Position numbers and translations under genes: made by a program
In this document: piece by piece, positions 45,734 through 54,796 of the stretch
Layout of the letters: each line of letters begins with the position of its first letter
Numbering within the stretch: position 1 is the first letter of the stretch
The notes under the pieces: generated by a model
Databases searched by the model: none
Told to the model about the DNA's origin: nothing
Seen by the model: only the letters and a program-made list of their open reading frames with translations
Assembly (NCBI GenBank): GCA_965215505.1
Contig: OZ244065.1
Coordinates: 2,912,001 to 2,976,000 of the forward strand
From: Capsulimonadaceae bacterium
Lineage (GTDB): Bacteria > Armatimonadota > Armatimonadia > Armatimonadales > Capsulimonadaceae
Reading direction: 5' to 3'
DNA length: 64,000 bases

Positions 45734-47998
45734 ATGGACAGCACACAGATACCAGCGGCCCCGAATGCGGAGCCGGACAAATCGGTCGGCCAGCCCCTGA
45801 GCCGCGTTGATGGGCGGCTGAAAGTGACCGGCGGGGCGCGCTACTCGGCGGAGATGCCCGTGTCGGGGCTGGTCTACGCCGTCATGGTGATGAGCACGGC
45901 GGCGAACGGCCGGATCACGGCCATTGATGCGAGCGCGGCGGAGGCGCTGCCGGGCGTGCTGAAGGTGATCACGCCCGCGAACGCCCTGCGCCTGCCCAAG
46001 CAGCCGGACAGCCAAGGCAGCGCCGCGCCGCGCCCGACCGACCGCAAGCTGTCGCTGCTCCAGGACACGATGGTCTACTACCAGAACCAGCCCGTCGGCG
46101 TCGTGGTGGCCGAAACGTTCGAAACGGCCTCCTACGCGGCCTCCCTGGTCCGCTACCGGTATGACACCGAGAAGCCGCGCACGGAGATGGAGCGGGAGAA
46201 GAAGCACGCCTACCGGCCCGCGAAGGCGAACCAGGACAAGACCGACTCGAAGCGCGGCGACCTGGGGCAAGGCATGGCGTCGGCCTCGGCGCGCGTGACG
46301 CAGACCTACCATACGCCGGTCGAGAACCACAACCCGATGGAGCCGCACGCGACCATCGCCGTCTGGGAGGGGGACAAGCTGACCGCCTACGACGCCACGC
46401 AGGGCGTCTTCGGGGCGCGCAAGGTGCTGGCCAAGACGTTCGGCCTGCCCCCCGAGAACGTCCGCGTCGTGTCGCACTTCCTGGGCGGCGGGTTCGGCTG
46501 CAAAGGCTCCGTCTGGTCGCACGTCCCGCTGGCCGCCATGGCGGCCCGGATGGTGGGGCGTCCGGTCAAGCTGGTCCTGACCCGGCAGCACATGTTCGGG
46601 CCGGTCGGCTACCGGCCCCGGACGGAGCAGAAGCTCCAGCTCGGCGCGGGCAAAGACGGCGCGCTGACGGCTGTTGGACACGAGAGCCATTCGCAGACCT
46701 CCACGTTTGATGAGTTCGTGGAGGCGACGGCATCGGCCTCGCGCATCCTTTACGACTCCCCGAACTCAGAGACTTCGCACCGGCTGGTGCGGCTGGACGC
46801 CGGGACGCCGACCTTTATGCGCGGGCCGGGCGAGTCGTCGGGCACCTTCGCCCTGGAATCGGCGATGGACGAGCTGGCCTATGCTTTGGACATGGACCCC
46901 ATCGCGCTCCGGCTGAAGAACTACGCCGAGCGTGACCCCGAGGAGGGCAAGCCCTGGTCGTCCAAGTCCCTGCGCGCCTGCTACCAGACGGCTTCTGACA
47001 AGTTCGGCTGGGCCAAGCGGACGGCGGCCCCCGGCTCCATGAAGGCCGACGACGGGCGCTTGATCGGCTGGGGCATGGCGACGGCGACCTACCCGACGCG
47101 GCGCAGCGCATCGTCCGCCCTGGCCCGGCTGCTGCCGGACGGGACGGCCTATGTCCAGGCGGGGACGCAGGACCTGGGCACAGGAACCTATACGGTGATG
47201 ACGCAGACGGCGGCCGACGCGCTGGGGCTTGCCCCCGCCCAGGTGCGGTTCGAGCTGGGCGACACGGAGATGCCTGAGACGCCGGTTTCGGGCGGGTCGC
47301 AGACGGCGGCGAGCACCGGCTCCGCCGTCCACGCGGCCAGCCTCGCCGCGAAGAGCCAGGCGATCCGGCTTGCTGTCGCCGATGCCTCCTCGCCCTTACA
47401 CGGGCTGACCGAGGCGGACGTAGACGTGAAAGAAGGCCGCCTGTTCTTCAAAGCAGACCCGACCAAGGGGGAGACGTATGCCGCCCTGATGGCCCGGCAG
47501 AACCTGCCGAACATCGAGGCGAAGACGAAGTCCGCGCCTGGCGAGGAGAAGGACAAGTACGCCATGCACTCCTTCGGCGCGGTCTTCGTCGAGGTGCGCG
47601 TGGACCCCGATCTGGGGGAGGTGCGGGTCACGCGCGTCGTCGGCGCGTATGGGGTCGGCAACATCCTGAACGCCAAGACCGCCCGCTCCCAGCTACTCGG
47701 CGGCGTCGTCTTCGGCATCGGCATGGCGCTCTTGGAAGAGACGAGGGCGGACACCCGCACGGGCCGCGTGATGAACCCCGATCTGGCGGAGTACCACATC
47801 CCCGTGAATGCCGACGTGCCCGAGATCGACATCACGTTCGTCCCCGAGAAGGACCCCTACGTCAACCCCTTGGGGGTCAAAGGAATCGGCGAGATCGGAA
47901 TCACGGGCGTCGTCGCCGCCATCGCGAACGCGGTCTACCATGCCACCGGGAAGCGGGTGCGGGACCTACCGATTACGGTGGACAAGGTGATGGCCTAG
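45734..47998 (+). CDS. paoC: PaoC/YagR-like molybdopterin subunit, copy 2
   Basis: RVDGRLKVTG, HNPMEPH, GGGFGCK, MRGPGE, QDLGTG, KGIGEIG. Confidence 0.93.
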   Translation: MDSTQIPAAPNAEPDKSVGQPLSRVDGRLKVTGGARYSAEMPVSGLVYAVMVMSTAANGRITAIDASAAEALPGVLKVITPANALRLPKQPDSQGSAAPRPTDRKLSLLQDTMVYYQNQPVGVVVAETFETASYAASLVRYRYDTEKPRTEMEREKKHAYRPAKANQDKTDSKRGDLGQGMASASARVTQTYHTPVENHNPMEPHATIAVWEGDKLTAYDATQGVFGARKVLAKTFGLPPENVRVVSHFLGGGFGCKGSVWSHVPLAAMAARMVGRPVKLVLTRQHMFGPVGYRPRTEQKLQLGAGKDGALTAVGHESHSQTSTFDEFVEATASASRILYDSPNSETSHRLVRLDAGTPTFMRGPGESSGTFALESAMDELAYALDMDPIALRLKNYAERDPEEGKPWSSKSLRACYQTASDKFGWAKRTAAPGSMKADDGRLIGWGMATATYPTRRSASSALARLLPDGTAYVQAGTQDLGTGTYTVMTQTAADALGLAPAQVRFELGDTEMPETPVSGGSQTAASTGSAVHAASLAAKSQAIRLAVADASSPLHGLTEADVDVKEGRLFFKADPTKGETYAALMARQNLPNIEAKTKSAPGEEKDKYAMHSFGAVFVEVRVDPDLGEVRVTRVVGAYGVGNILNAKTARSQLLGGVVFGIGMALLEETRADTRTGRVMNPDLAEYHIPVNADVPEIDITFVPEKDPYVNPLGVKGIGEIGITGVVAAIANAVYHATGKRVRDLPITVDKVMA

Positions 47999-48013
47999 CC
48001 CCGGAAGCCGCCG

Positions 48014-49186
48014 ATGAAAGAACTGCGCGAAATACTCCTCGCCTATGAGGCGCTCTGTCGGCAGGGCCGCCCTGCCGCGCTGGCAACGGTCGTCGCCGTC
48101 AGCGGGTCGTCTTACCGCCGCCCCGGCGCGCGGATGCTGCTGACGGCGGACGGCTGGGTGGCCGGCGGCGTCAGCGGCGGGTGCCTGGAAAGCGATGTCG
48201 CCCAGCGGGCGCGGGTCGTCCTGGAGTCGGGGCAGGCGGATATCGTCACCTATGACACCACGGAGGACGGCGACATCGTGTTCGGGGTGGGCCTGGGCTG
48301 CCGGGGCGTGATCCAGATTTTGATTGAGCCGCTGGCGGGTGACCGGCCTGATCTGGACTTCCTGGCGGCCTTGGCCCGGCGGCGCGAGGCGGGCGTCTGC
48401 GCGACGGTTTTCCGCAGCGAGGGCGGCTCCCCTGCCCTCCTGGCTGACCGGCTGCTGCTGTCCGAGACGGGGGACGATCACGACGGGCTGGCCGACGCGG
48501 GACTTGCCGCGCGTGTTCGGGTGGACGCCGGGGACGTGCTGAGGTCGGGAGTGTCGCGCGGACGCGAGTACGCACTGTCCGGCGGCTCCGTGTCCGTCTT
48601 CCTGGAGGCGCTCGCCCCCCCACAGCCGCTCGTCATCTTCGGGGCGGGGCATGACGCTCCGCCGCTGGTCCGGCTGGCGAAGGAGCTGGGCTGGCACGTC
48701 ACCGTTGCCGACGCGCGCCCTGCCTACGCGACGGCCGAACGCTTCCCCTCCGCCGATGCCGTGGTCGTCTGCCCGCCGGAAGAGGCCGCCTCGCGGCTGA
48801 CGCTGGACGCGCGGGCGGCGGTCGTGCTGATGACGCATAACTATCTGCACGATCTGGCCCTGCTGGAACGGTGGCTCCCCTGCCCCATTCTGTATCTTGG
48901 TGTCCTCGGCCCCAAGCGGCGCACGGAGCGCCTGCTGGGCGAGATGCCGCCGGGCCTGGTCACGGACGGGGCCTTGTCGCGCCTGCACAGCCCGGTCGGG
49001 CTGGACCTCGGGGCGGACACGCCGGAGACGATCGCGCTTGCGATCATCGCCGGCATCCAGGCCGTGGCGGCGGGTCGGCCCGGCGGCTTCCTGCGCGACC
49101 GCACGGGGCCAATCTACGCGCCGGAGCCTCCCATCCTGCCTGCCACCGTCGGCATCGTGCCGCAGTGCGCGATCGGCACCCCATGA
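48014..49186 (+). CDS. xdhC: XdhC/CoxI molybdenum cofactor insertion protein
   Basis: GSSYRRPGARM, SGGCLE, GLGCRG, FGAGHD, MTHNY, PVGLDLGADTPE. Confidence 0.93.
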   Translation: MKELREILLAYEALCRQGRPAALATVVAVSGSSYRRPGARMLLTADGWVAGGVSGGCLESDVAQRARVVLESGQADIVTYDTTEDGDIVFGVGLGCRGVIQILIEPLAGDRPDLDFLAALARRREAGVCATVFRSEGGSPALLADRLLLSETGDDHDGLADAGLAARVRVDAGDVLRSGVSRGREYALSGGSVSVFLEALAPPQPLVIFGAGHDAPPLVRLAKELGWHVTVADARPAYATAERFPSADAVVVCPPEEAASRLTLDARAAVVLMTHNYLHDLALLERWLPCPILYLGVLGPKRRTERLLGEMPPGLVTDGALSRLHSPVGLDLGADTPETIALAIIAGIQAVAAGRPGGFLRDRTGPIYAPEPPILPATVGIVPQCAIGTP

Positions 49187-49788
49187 GGCCGAATGTCGGC
49201 CTGATCCTCCTGGCGGCGGGTGGGTCGTCCCGGCTGGGGCATCCCAAACAACTGTTGCCGTATCAAGGCCGGACACTGCTGCGCCACGCGGCGGAGACTG
49301 CCCTGCGGCCCGCCTGCCGCCCCGTCGTCGTCGTGCTTGGATCGGAGCCGGACCGCCTGCGCCCGGAACTCACCGGGCTGGAAGTGCTTGTCGCCAACAA
49401 CCCCGACTGGGAGCAGGGCATGGGTTCTTCCATTCGCGCCGGGCTGGCCGCCCTGGAAGCGTCCGCGCCGGACATGGGCGGCGTCGTCCTGATGCTCTGC
49501 GACCAGCCGCTCATCACATCCGCCTCCCTGGGCGCACTCGTTCAGTCCCATCTCGACACGGGCAGCCCGCTCGTCGTTTCCGAATACGGCGGCACGCGCG
49601 GCGTCCCCGCCTTCTTCAGCCACGCCCTATTCCCTGAACTGCGCGCCCTGAAGGACGCGCAGGGGGCCAAGGCCGTCATCGCCGCCCATGCGGCTGAGGC
49701 GGTCGCCCTGCCCCTGCCGGCGGGCGTCTGGGACGTGGATACGGCGGAAGACTTCGAGCGGCTGCGGTCACGGGATGGGCAGCCATGA
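49183..49788 (+). CDS. mocA: Molybdenum cofactor cytidylyltransferase (MocA-like)
   Basis: LAAGGSSRLGHPKQLL, GMGSSI, CDQP, DVDT. Confidence 0.9.
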   Translation: MRPNVGLILLAAGGSSRLGHPKQLLPYQGRTLLRHAAETALRPACRPVVVVLGSEPDRLRPELTGLEVLVANNPDWEQGMGSSIRAGLAALEASAPDMGGVVLMLCDQPLITSASLGALVQSHLDTGSPLVVSEYGGTRGVPAFFSHALFPELRALKDAQGAKAVIAAHAAEAVALPLPAGVWDVDTAEDFERLRSRDGQP

Positions 49789-50237
49789 GACACGGCCGCA
49801 TCCGCCCTATCGCCCTCTGCCTGTTCCGGCATGGGGGCTGCATCCTGGTCGGCAATGCTTATGACGCGGTGAAGCAGGACCACTACTGCCGGCCGCTCGG
49901 CGGCGGCATCGAGTTCGGGGAGCGCGGGGCGGAGGCGGTCGTGCGCGAGATTCAGGAGGAACTAGGCGCGGAGATCGAGGACGTGCGATGGCTGGGAACT
50001 TTGGAAAACCTGTTCACCTGCGAAGGCGAGCCGGGCCACGAGATCGTGCTGGTCTATGACGCCGTGTTTGCCGACCGTTCGCTGTATGACCGGGCGGTCC
50101 TGCACGGGTACGAGCAGGGTGCGGCGACTGAGGCATTCACGGCGGAATGGAAAACGCTGGACGAACTGGCGTCAGGGCCGGTGCGGCTGGTGCCGGAGGG
50201 TCTGATGGCGTTCCTGGTCGGCCTGGAGGGTGGATGA
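49785..50237 (+). CDS. Nudix hydrolase
   Basis: GGGIEFGERGAEAVVREIQEELG Nudix box. Confidence 0.92.
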   Translation: MRHGRIRPIALCLFRHGGCILVGNAYDAVKQDHYCRPLGGGIEFGERGAEAVVREIQEELGAEIEDVRWLGTLENLFTCEGEPGHEIVLVYDAVFADRSLYDRAVLHGYEQGAATEAFTAEWKTLDELASGPVRLVPEGLMAFLVGLEGG

Positions 50238-51013
50238 TGTTCGGGTTAACGCCGAAGTCTCCGGTCAGCGCGGAGGCAGGCGCGTGGGTCGAGGACTCCA
50301 TGCGCCGGTTCGTCGGCTTGTACGGGCAGGAGCGGCTTCAGGCATTGCCGGTGGTGCTGCCGACGGAAGAATTCTTTCCCGACGACTTCCAGGCGACTGA
50401 GGAGTCGGTTCAGGACACACTGCGGCGCGTCTGTGGGTTCCTGCGGGTGGACCCGAGCCGGGTGGTCCTGGAGGTTTTCGAGGACACCGAGGCGGAGTTG
50501 AGGGGGAAGCTCAGGGAAGCATTGCCCTCGTGGAACGACGACTCGACCGGTGCAGCGGGGACGTACAGCGAGGACGCGGAGGCGGCGATGTTCACGATCA
50601 GGGTCAAGCGCGACCTGCTGAGAGAGCCGGTGCGGCTCATCGCGACGCTGGCCCATGAGCTTTGCCATGTGCTGCTGCTGGGTGGGAGGCACATTGACCG
50701 GGAGGCCCCGGACATGGAGCCGCTGACCGACCTCCTGACCGTCTTCCTAGGAATGGGCGTCTTCACGGCGAATTCGGCGGCACACTTCACCCAGCACGAC
50801 GACGGCACCAAGCACGGGTGGTCGTTCCGCCGGCTCGGCTACCTTTCGGAGCCGATGTTCGGCTACGCGATGGCCGTCTTCGCCTCCGAGCGGGGCGAGT
50901 CCAGACCCGCGTGGGCGAAACACCTCTCGGTGAATGCCGGGGGCTACTTCCGGCAGGCTGTCAAGTTTCTCGCGCACCAGCGCGCACAGCAGGACAGGGG
51001 CAGTAGGAGGTGA
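50234..51013 (+). CDS. Hypothetical protein with an HExxH zincin-like motif
   Basis: TLAHELCHVLL..MEPLTD; start overlaps the Nudix stop. Confidence 0.75.
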   Translation: MMFGLTPKSPVSAEAGAWVEDSMRRFVGLYGQERLQALPVVLPTEEFFPDDFQATEESVQDTLRRVCGFLRVDPSRVVLEVFEDTEAELRGKLREALPSWNDDSTGAAGTYSEDAEAAMFTIRVKRDLLREPVRLIATLAHELCHVLLLGGRHIDREAPDMEPLTDLLTVFLGMGVFTANSAAHFTQHDDGTKHGWSFRRLGYLSEPMFGYAMAVFASERGESRPAWAKHLSVNAGGYFRQAVKFLAHQRAQQDRGSRR

Positions 51014-51022
51014 CGCGCTCTT

Positions 51023-52750
51023 TCAGAACTTCATGCCCAGATTTGCCGAGGCGTTGTAGTCTGAGGCGGCGGCGGAGGTCTGCTGGCGCTTGCCGTTCAG
51101 GGACAGGCTGAAGCGGTCCCCAAGATTATGCGTGAAGCCGACGGTGTAGGCGACCGACTGGGATGTGGAGGGGTCGAGGGCGTTCTGGCGGGTCTGGAAG
51201 CCGACCGTGAGGCTGGTCGCCGAGGAGAAGCGCAGGCCGAGGTCGGCGTGGATGGTTTCCTCGGTGTCGGGGGCGTCATAGCGGCGGGACCAGTCATAGC
51301 CGCCGGAGAGGCCGAGCGCGCCGAAGGTCGTTTCCAGCCCGAGGCCCTTCCGGGCCAGCCGCTGGGGCGCGTCGCCGTCGTCGGGGTTCTGGGCATAGGT
51401 GCCGGTCAGATGCACCGTCTTGAAGGGGGACAGGGCGACTCGGGCGGCGCTGGTGTCGAATAGGTCGCCCGGCGCGGCGTCGGCGGCGGGTGCCATGCGG
51501 CTCTTGTAGCTGCCGGAGAACTCCACGAACGAGAGCGGGCGCAGGGCACCGCTGACCGAGGCGACGGCGGTATTGAGTGAGTCGGGCGAGCCGTTTGTCG
51601 CTTTCTGGTGCAGGGCGAGGCCCGCGCCGAACTGCACGGCGGGGTGCGGGGTGAGCGAGAGGGCGACGGATTGCTGGTCGGTGGTCGCCGCGCCGAGCCG
51701 GGACTGGCCCGCCGAGGTTTCGACCGAGACGGTCTTGGTCGGCGTCAGGACCGTCTTGAGGCTGAGGCTCTGGCTGTCGGCGTCCGTGCCTGGGGCGTTC
51801 TTGCCGTCGTAGGCGGCACTGACCTCCAGTTTGGCCGTCGGGTGCGTGTCCACGGTGAGGCCCTGCGTCTGGGTCATTCCGGACGTCCCGGTCCCGGTCT
51901 GGTCGAGGGTGGCCCCTACTTTCGTCCTATCGCTGGGCGTGACCGTCAGAGACAGAGACGTGTCTTTGGCGGCGACCTGGGGGCCATCAGTGGGACTGGA
52001 GTCGTGGAAACTCACCTGCGCCTGGACGATCTTGGTGGGCGTGAACCGGCCGCTGAGGGTGAGCGACTGCTGCCCGGCGCGCAGGCTGTCGTCGCCGGCG
52101 TTCTCCAGGCCGACCCCGGCGCGGGCGAAGCCGAACGAGAACAAGGCCCAGCCGGAGGCCGCCGTGGAGCCGGCGAGGGACAGCCCCATGCGCTTCGCGG
52201 GCGAATCGGCATCGGCGTCTTTGGCCGGCAAGGCGGTAACGGGAGTGTAGAAAAAGTGCGACGAGAGCTGGGCGTTGTGATTCCCCGACCAGCCCGCGCT
52301 GGCACCTAGAGTCAGGCCGCCGGTGTCCTGGCCCTGTTTCCCCAGCGCGTCAAACGAGAAGTAGCCGTGTTCGCCGCGCAGCAGGTCTACGGAGAGCGGG
52401 AGGGTGCGGGCGGTGTCATTGCGCTGGGCCTGCGTGGGGTCCGGCTCATAAGTGACGGCGGCGACGGAGCGGGCGGGGAGGGCGCGGGTGAAAGTGACGG
52501 TGCCGTTGTCGGCATCCAGGGCATAGTCCAGCCCGCGGAGCTGCGGCAGGCCGTTGACGCTCACGCTCTCGGTGGCGGGCGTGATGTGCTTCCAGCTCAG
52601 GGTGAACGGGCCGGGCGTACCGTTGCCCAGGCAGAGGTCCTGCACGGGCGGCGTGCTGCACGCGCCGGGGAGGGCGAGGAGCAGGCCGAGTGTGGTCAGC
52701 AGACTGACTGGCGGGGCGAGGCGGGAACGCATGGCGGGTTTGATCTCCAT
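51023..52750 (-). CDS. Exported protein, probable outer-membrane beta-barrel
   Basis: Signal peptide; N-terminal ESVSVNG..GLDYALDADNGTVTF; long amphipathic strands; C-terminal ANLGMKF. Confidence 0.7.
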   Translation of the reverse strand: MEIKPAMRSRLAPPVSLLTTLGLLLALPGACSTPPVQDLCLGNGTPGPFTLSWKHITPATESVSVNGLPQLRGLDYALDADNGTVTFTRALPARSVAAVTYEPDPTQAQRNDTARTLPLSVDLLRGEHGYFSFDALGKQGQDTGGLTLGASAGWSGNHNAQLSSHFFYTPVTALPAKDADADSPAKRMGLSLAGSTAASGWALFSFGFARAGVGLENAGDDSLRAGQQSLTLSGRFTPTKIVQAQVSFHDSSPTDGPQVAAKDTSLSLTVTPSDRTKVGATLDQTGTGTSGMTQTQGLTVDTHPTAKLEVSAAYDGKNAPGTDADSQSLSLKTVLTPTKTVSVETSAGQSRLGAATTDQQSVALSLTPHPAVQFGAGLALHQKATNGSPDSLNTAVASVSGALRPLSFVEFSGSYKSRMAPAADAAPGDLFDTSAARVALSPFKTVHLTGTYAQNPDDGDAPQRLARKGLGLETTFGALGLSGGYDWSRRYDAPDTEETIHADLGLRFSSATSLTVGFQTRQNALDPSTSQSVAYTVGFTHNLGDRFSLSLNGKRQQTSAAASDYNASANLGMKF

Positions 52751-52792
52751 GCCGTTAGAGTGCGGGGCGCAAAGATTGTTTCAAAAGAGGAG

Positions 52793-52820
52793 GCGGGCAC
52801 CATTTACGGTGCCCGCCTTT
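52793..52820. terminator. Hairpin between the anti-sigma and barrel genes
   Basis: GGCGGGCACC-ATTTAC-GGTGCCCGCC. Confidence 0.55.
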
Positions 52821-52836
52821 GCGTGTCTGGATCGCC

Positions 52837-53844
52837 CTAAGACTTGTAGACGTAGAACGTGTTGCCGGACAGTGTCTGGACCGAGTAGCCGGCGGCCTTC
52901 GCCATCGCCTGGAGCGGGGTCGCCGCGTCGGGGGCCGAAAAGGCGTCCGATACCGGCTGTGTGGGGACGGCATTAACATCCACCACGACGGTCGCGCCGT
53001 AGTGGCTGGCGACGGCCTGCATGGCGTCCAGGAAGTCCGCGTTCGCCGGGGCCGCCGTTGCCGCGTCCGCCGCACCGTAGGGGGTGTAGACGACTTCGGA
53101 GCCGGACGCCACGCTCGGGTCATCCGGCGCCCACTTCACCAGCAGGTCCAGCGTCTCGCCGGCGGGCGGCGCGACGGTCGCCGCGATGGGGATCGAAACG
53201 CCGGTGCTGTTGTCCAGGTGTTCCTTCAGCACGGGCGTCGCCTCACCCAGATGGGCGGGGTCCGTGACCTGCTCCGCCCCGGTCACGACGTAGGCGGTGA
53301 CTGCGGCGGCGGGGACGTTCGGCGGCAGGTGCAGGTGGAACTGGTGATAGTTGTTGCTGTCACCGCCCATCCGCGTGTCCACCTTCTGTACGACGGCGGC
53401 GTTCGCCGGGGTCGCGACCGAAGACGTAATCGGGTTGATGTTGGTATCGAACCCAGGCCCCTTCGGAGTCGAATGCGTGAAAAGCACACCGAGGAACACT
53501 GCTGCCGCAAGGCCCGTCAGCGCTCCGCCCGTCATGCGCCGGTGTGAGACGGTCGAGAACCACCCGCCGGGGGCGGCACCCGGCGCGTGCGTCGTGAAGG
53601 TCGTTTCCCGCCGAGACTGCCCCGCCGCGACCTGCTCCAGAATCTTCGCCCGGAAGCCCGGCGGGACGTCCGCCTCGGCCCCCAGCGGCTGTTCCAGCAG
53701 GGCGTAGACGCGCGCGAACCGCGCGTAGTCCGCGCGGGCCGACGGGTCGGTCTCAAAGTGCTGATCCAGGGCCTGCCGCAGCGCAGGGGCCAGCACGCCC
53801 TCCGCGTAGTCCGAGTAGAGTTCCTGCGCCCTTTCCGGTTTCAT
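52837..53844 (-). CDS. Transmembrane anti-sigma factor
   Basis: N-terminal AQELYSDY.EG.L..LDQHF (degenerate ZAS), single TM, periplasmic domain with an STN/FecR-C-like end; directly downstream of the ECF sigma. Confidence 0.75.
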   Translation of the reverse strand: MKPERAQELYSDYAEGVLAPALRQALDQHFETDPSARADYARFARVYALLEQPLGAEADVPPGFRAKILEQVAAGQSRRETTFTTHAPGAAPGGWFSTVSHRRMTGGALTGLAAAVFLGVLFTHSTPKGPGFDTNINPITSSVATPANAAVVQKVDTRMGGDSNNYHQFHLHLPPNVPAAAVTAYVVTGAEQVTDPAHLGEATPVLKEHLDNSTGVSIPIAATVAPPAGETLDLLVKWAPDDPSVASGSEVVYTPYGAADAATAAPANADFLDAMQAVASHYGATVVVDVNAVPTQPVSDAFSAPDAATPLQAMAKAAGYSVQTLSGNTFYVYKS

Positions 53845-53926
53845 GGTTAACTGTCCTTGCGTCCTAAAAGTGCATCCAGAATGATGTCGTGGGCGGGGCG
53901 TAAGCCGGCCCGCATTTCCGACGACG

Positions 53927-54553
53927 CTAGGTATTGAAAAGTTCCCGGATGCCGGAGAGTTTTTCTTTCAGAGCCAGGCGGGCACGGTTCAGGCGGCTCT
54001 TGACCGTGCCGATGGGCAGGTCCATGATCTCGGCGATCTCCTCATACGACTTCTGCTGGCCGTGGTAGAGGGTGACCATCGCGCGCTGGTACTCGGGCAG
54101 GCCGCCGATGGCTTTCTGAAGGAGCTGGGCGCGCTCGCTCTCTTCCAGGACGGCCTCGGGGCTTGGGGAGGGGTCCTCGATCTGACGGGCGACGCTGGAC
54201 TCGTCGAGTTCAAGGTACTCGTCGAGCGAGGCGTGCGGGTGCGCCTTGGCGCGCTTGCGTTCATCCAGGAAGACGTTCGTGGTGATGCGGAACAGCCAGG
54301 TGGAGAACGAGGCATCGCCACGGAAGGTGCCGATGGCATTGAAGACGCGAAGGAAGGCATCCTGGGCGACATCATTGGCGTCATCGTAGTTGCCGGTCAG
54401 TCGGTACGCGAAGTTGTAGACCTGCTTCTCGTACTTACGGACCAGGTCATTGAAAGCCGCCAGGTCCCCGCGCTTGCAGCGCTCGATGAGCGCCTTTTCT
54501 TCGGCAGAAACCGTCGCGCGGGGCCGCGCGGGGCGTGGAGCCGCATCATCCAT
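53927..54553 (-). CDS. ECF sigma factor (SigW/RpoE-like)
   Basis: DDANDVAQDAF, FSTWLFRI, SYEEIAEIMDLPIGTVKSRLNRAR. Confidence 0.95.
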   Translation of the reverse strand: MDDAAPRPARPRATVSAEEKALIERCKRGDLAAFNDLVRKYEKQVYNFAYRLTGNYDDANDVAQDAFLRVFNAIGTFRGDASFSTWLFRITTNVFLDERKRAKAHPHASLDEYLELDESSVARQIEDPSPSPEAVLEESERAQLLQKAIGGLPEYQRAMVTLYHGQQKSYEEIAEIMDLPIGTVKSRLNRARLALKEKLSGIRELFNT

Positions 54554-54671
54554 TGGTCATCCTCGGCGGCGGGATCGGGGAACACATTCCTAGGAGCATA
54601 CTGAAAAGTTTTTTACCCAGCGGAGACGCCCTTTACGCCTGTCATCCTTGCTTGGACTGAGTCCTGAAATC

Positions 54672-54700
54672 AGTATGACGCGCGGCGGGGCGGTTGTCAA
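54672..54700 (-). promoter_or_regulatory. Sigma-70 promoter for the ECF operon
   Basis: TTGACA-N17-CATACT. Confidence 0.6.
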
Positions 54701-54796
54701 GCGGCCCCGGAGGCCGGGGAGGCGTCGGAACAAGGACTTTCACGCCGCGCCGCCTAATGATAGGCGCAACACGACAAGTACAAGGGGCATTCAACG

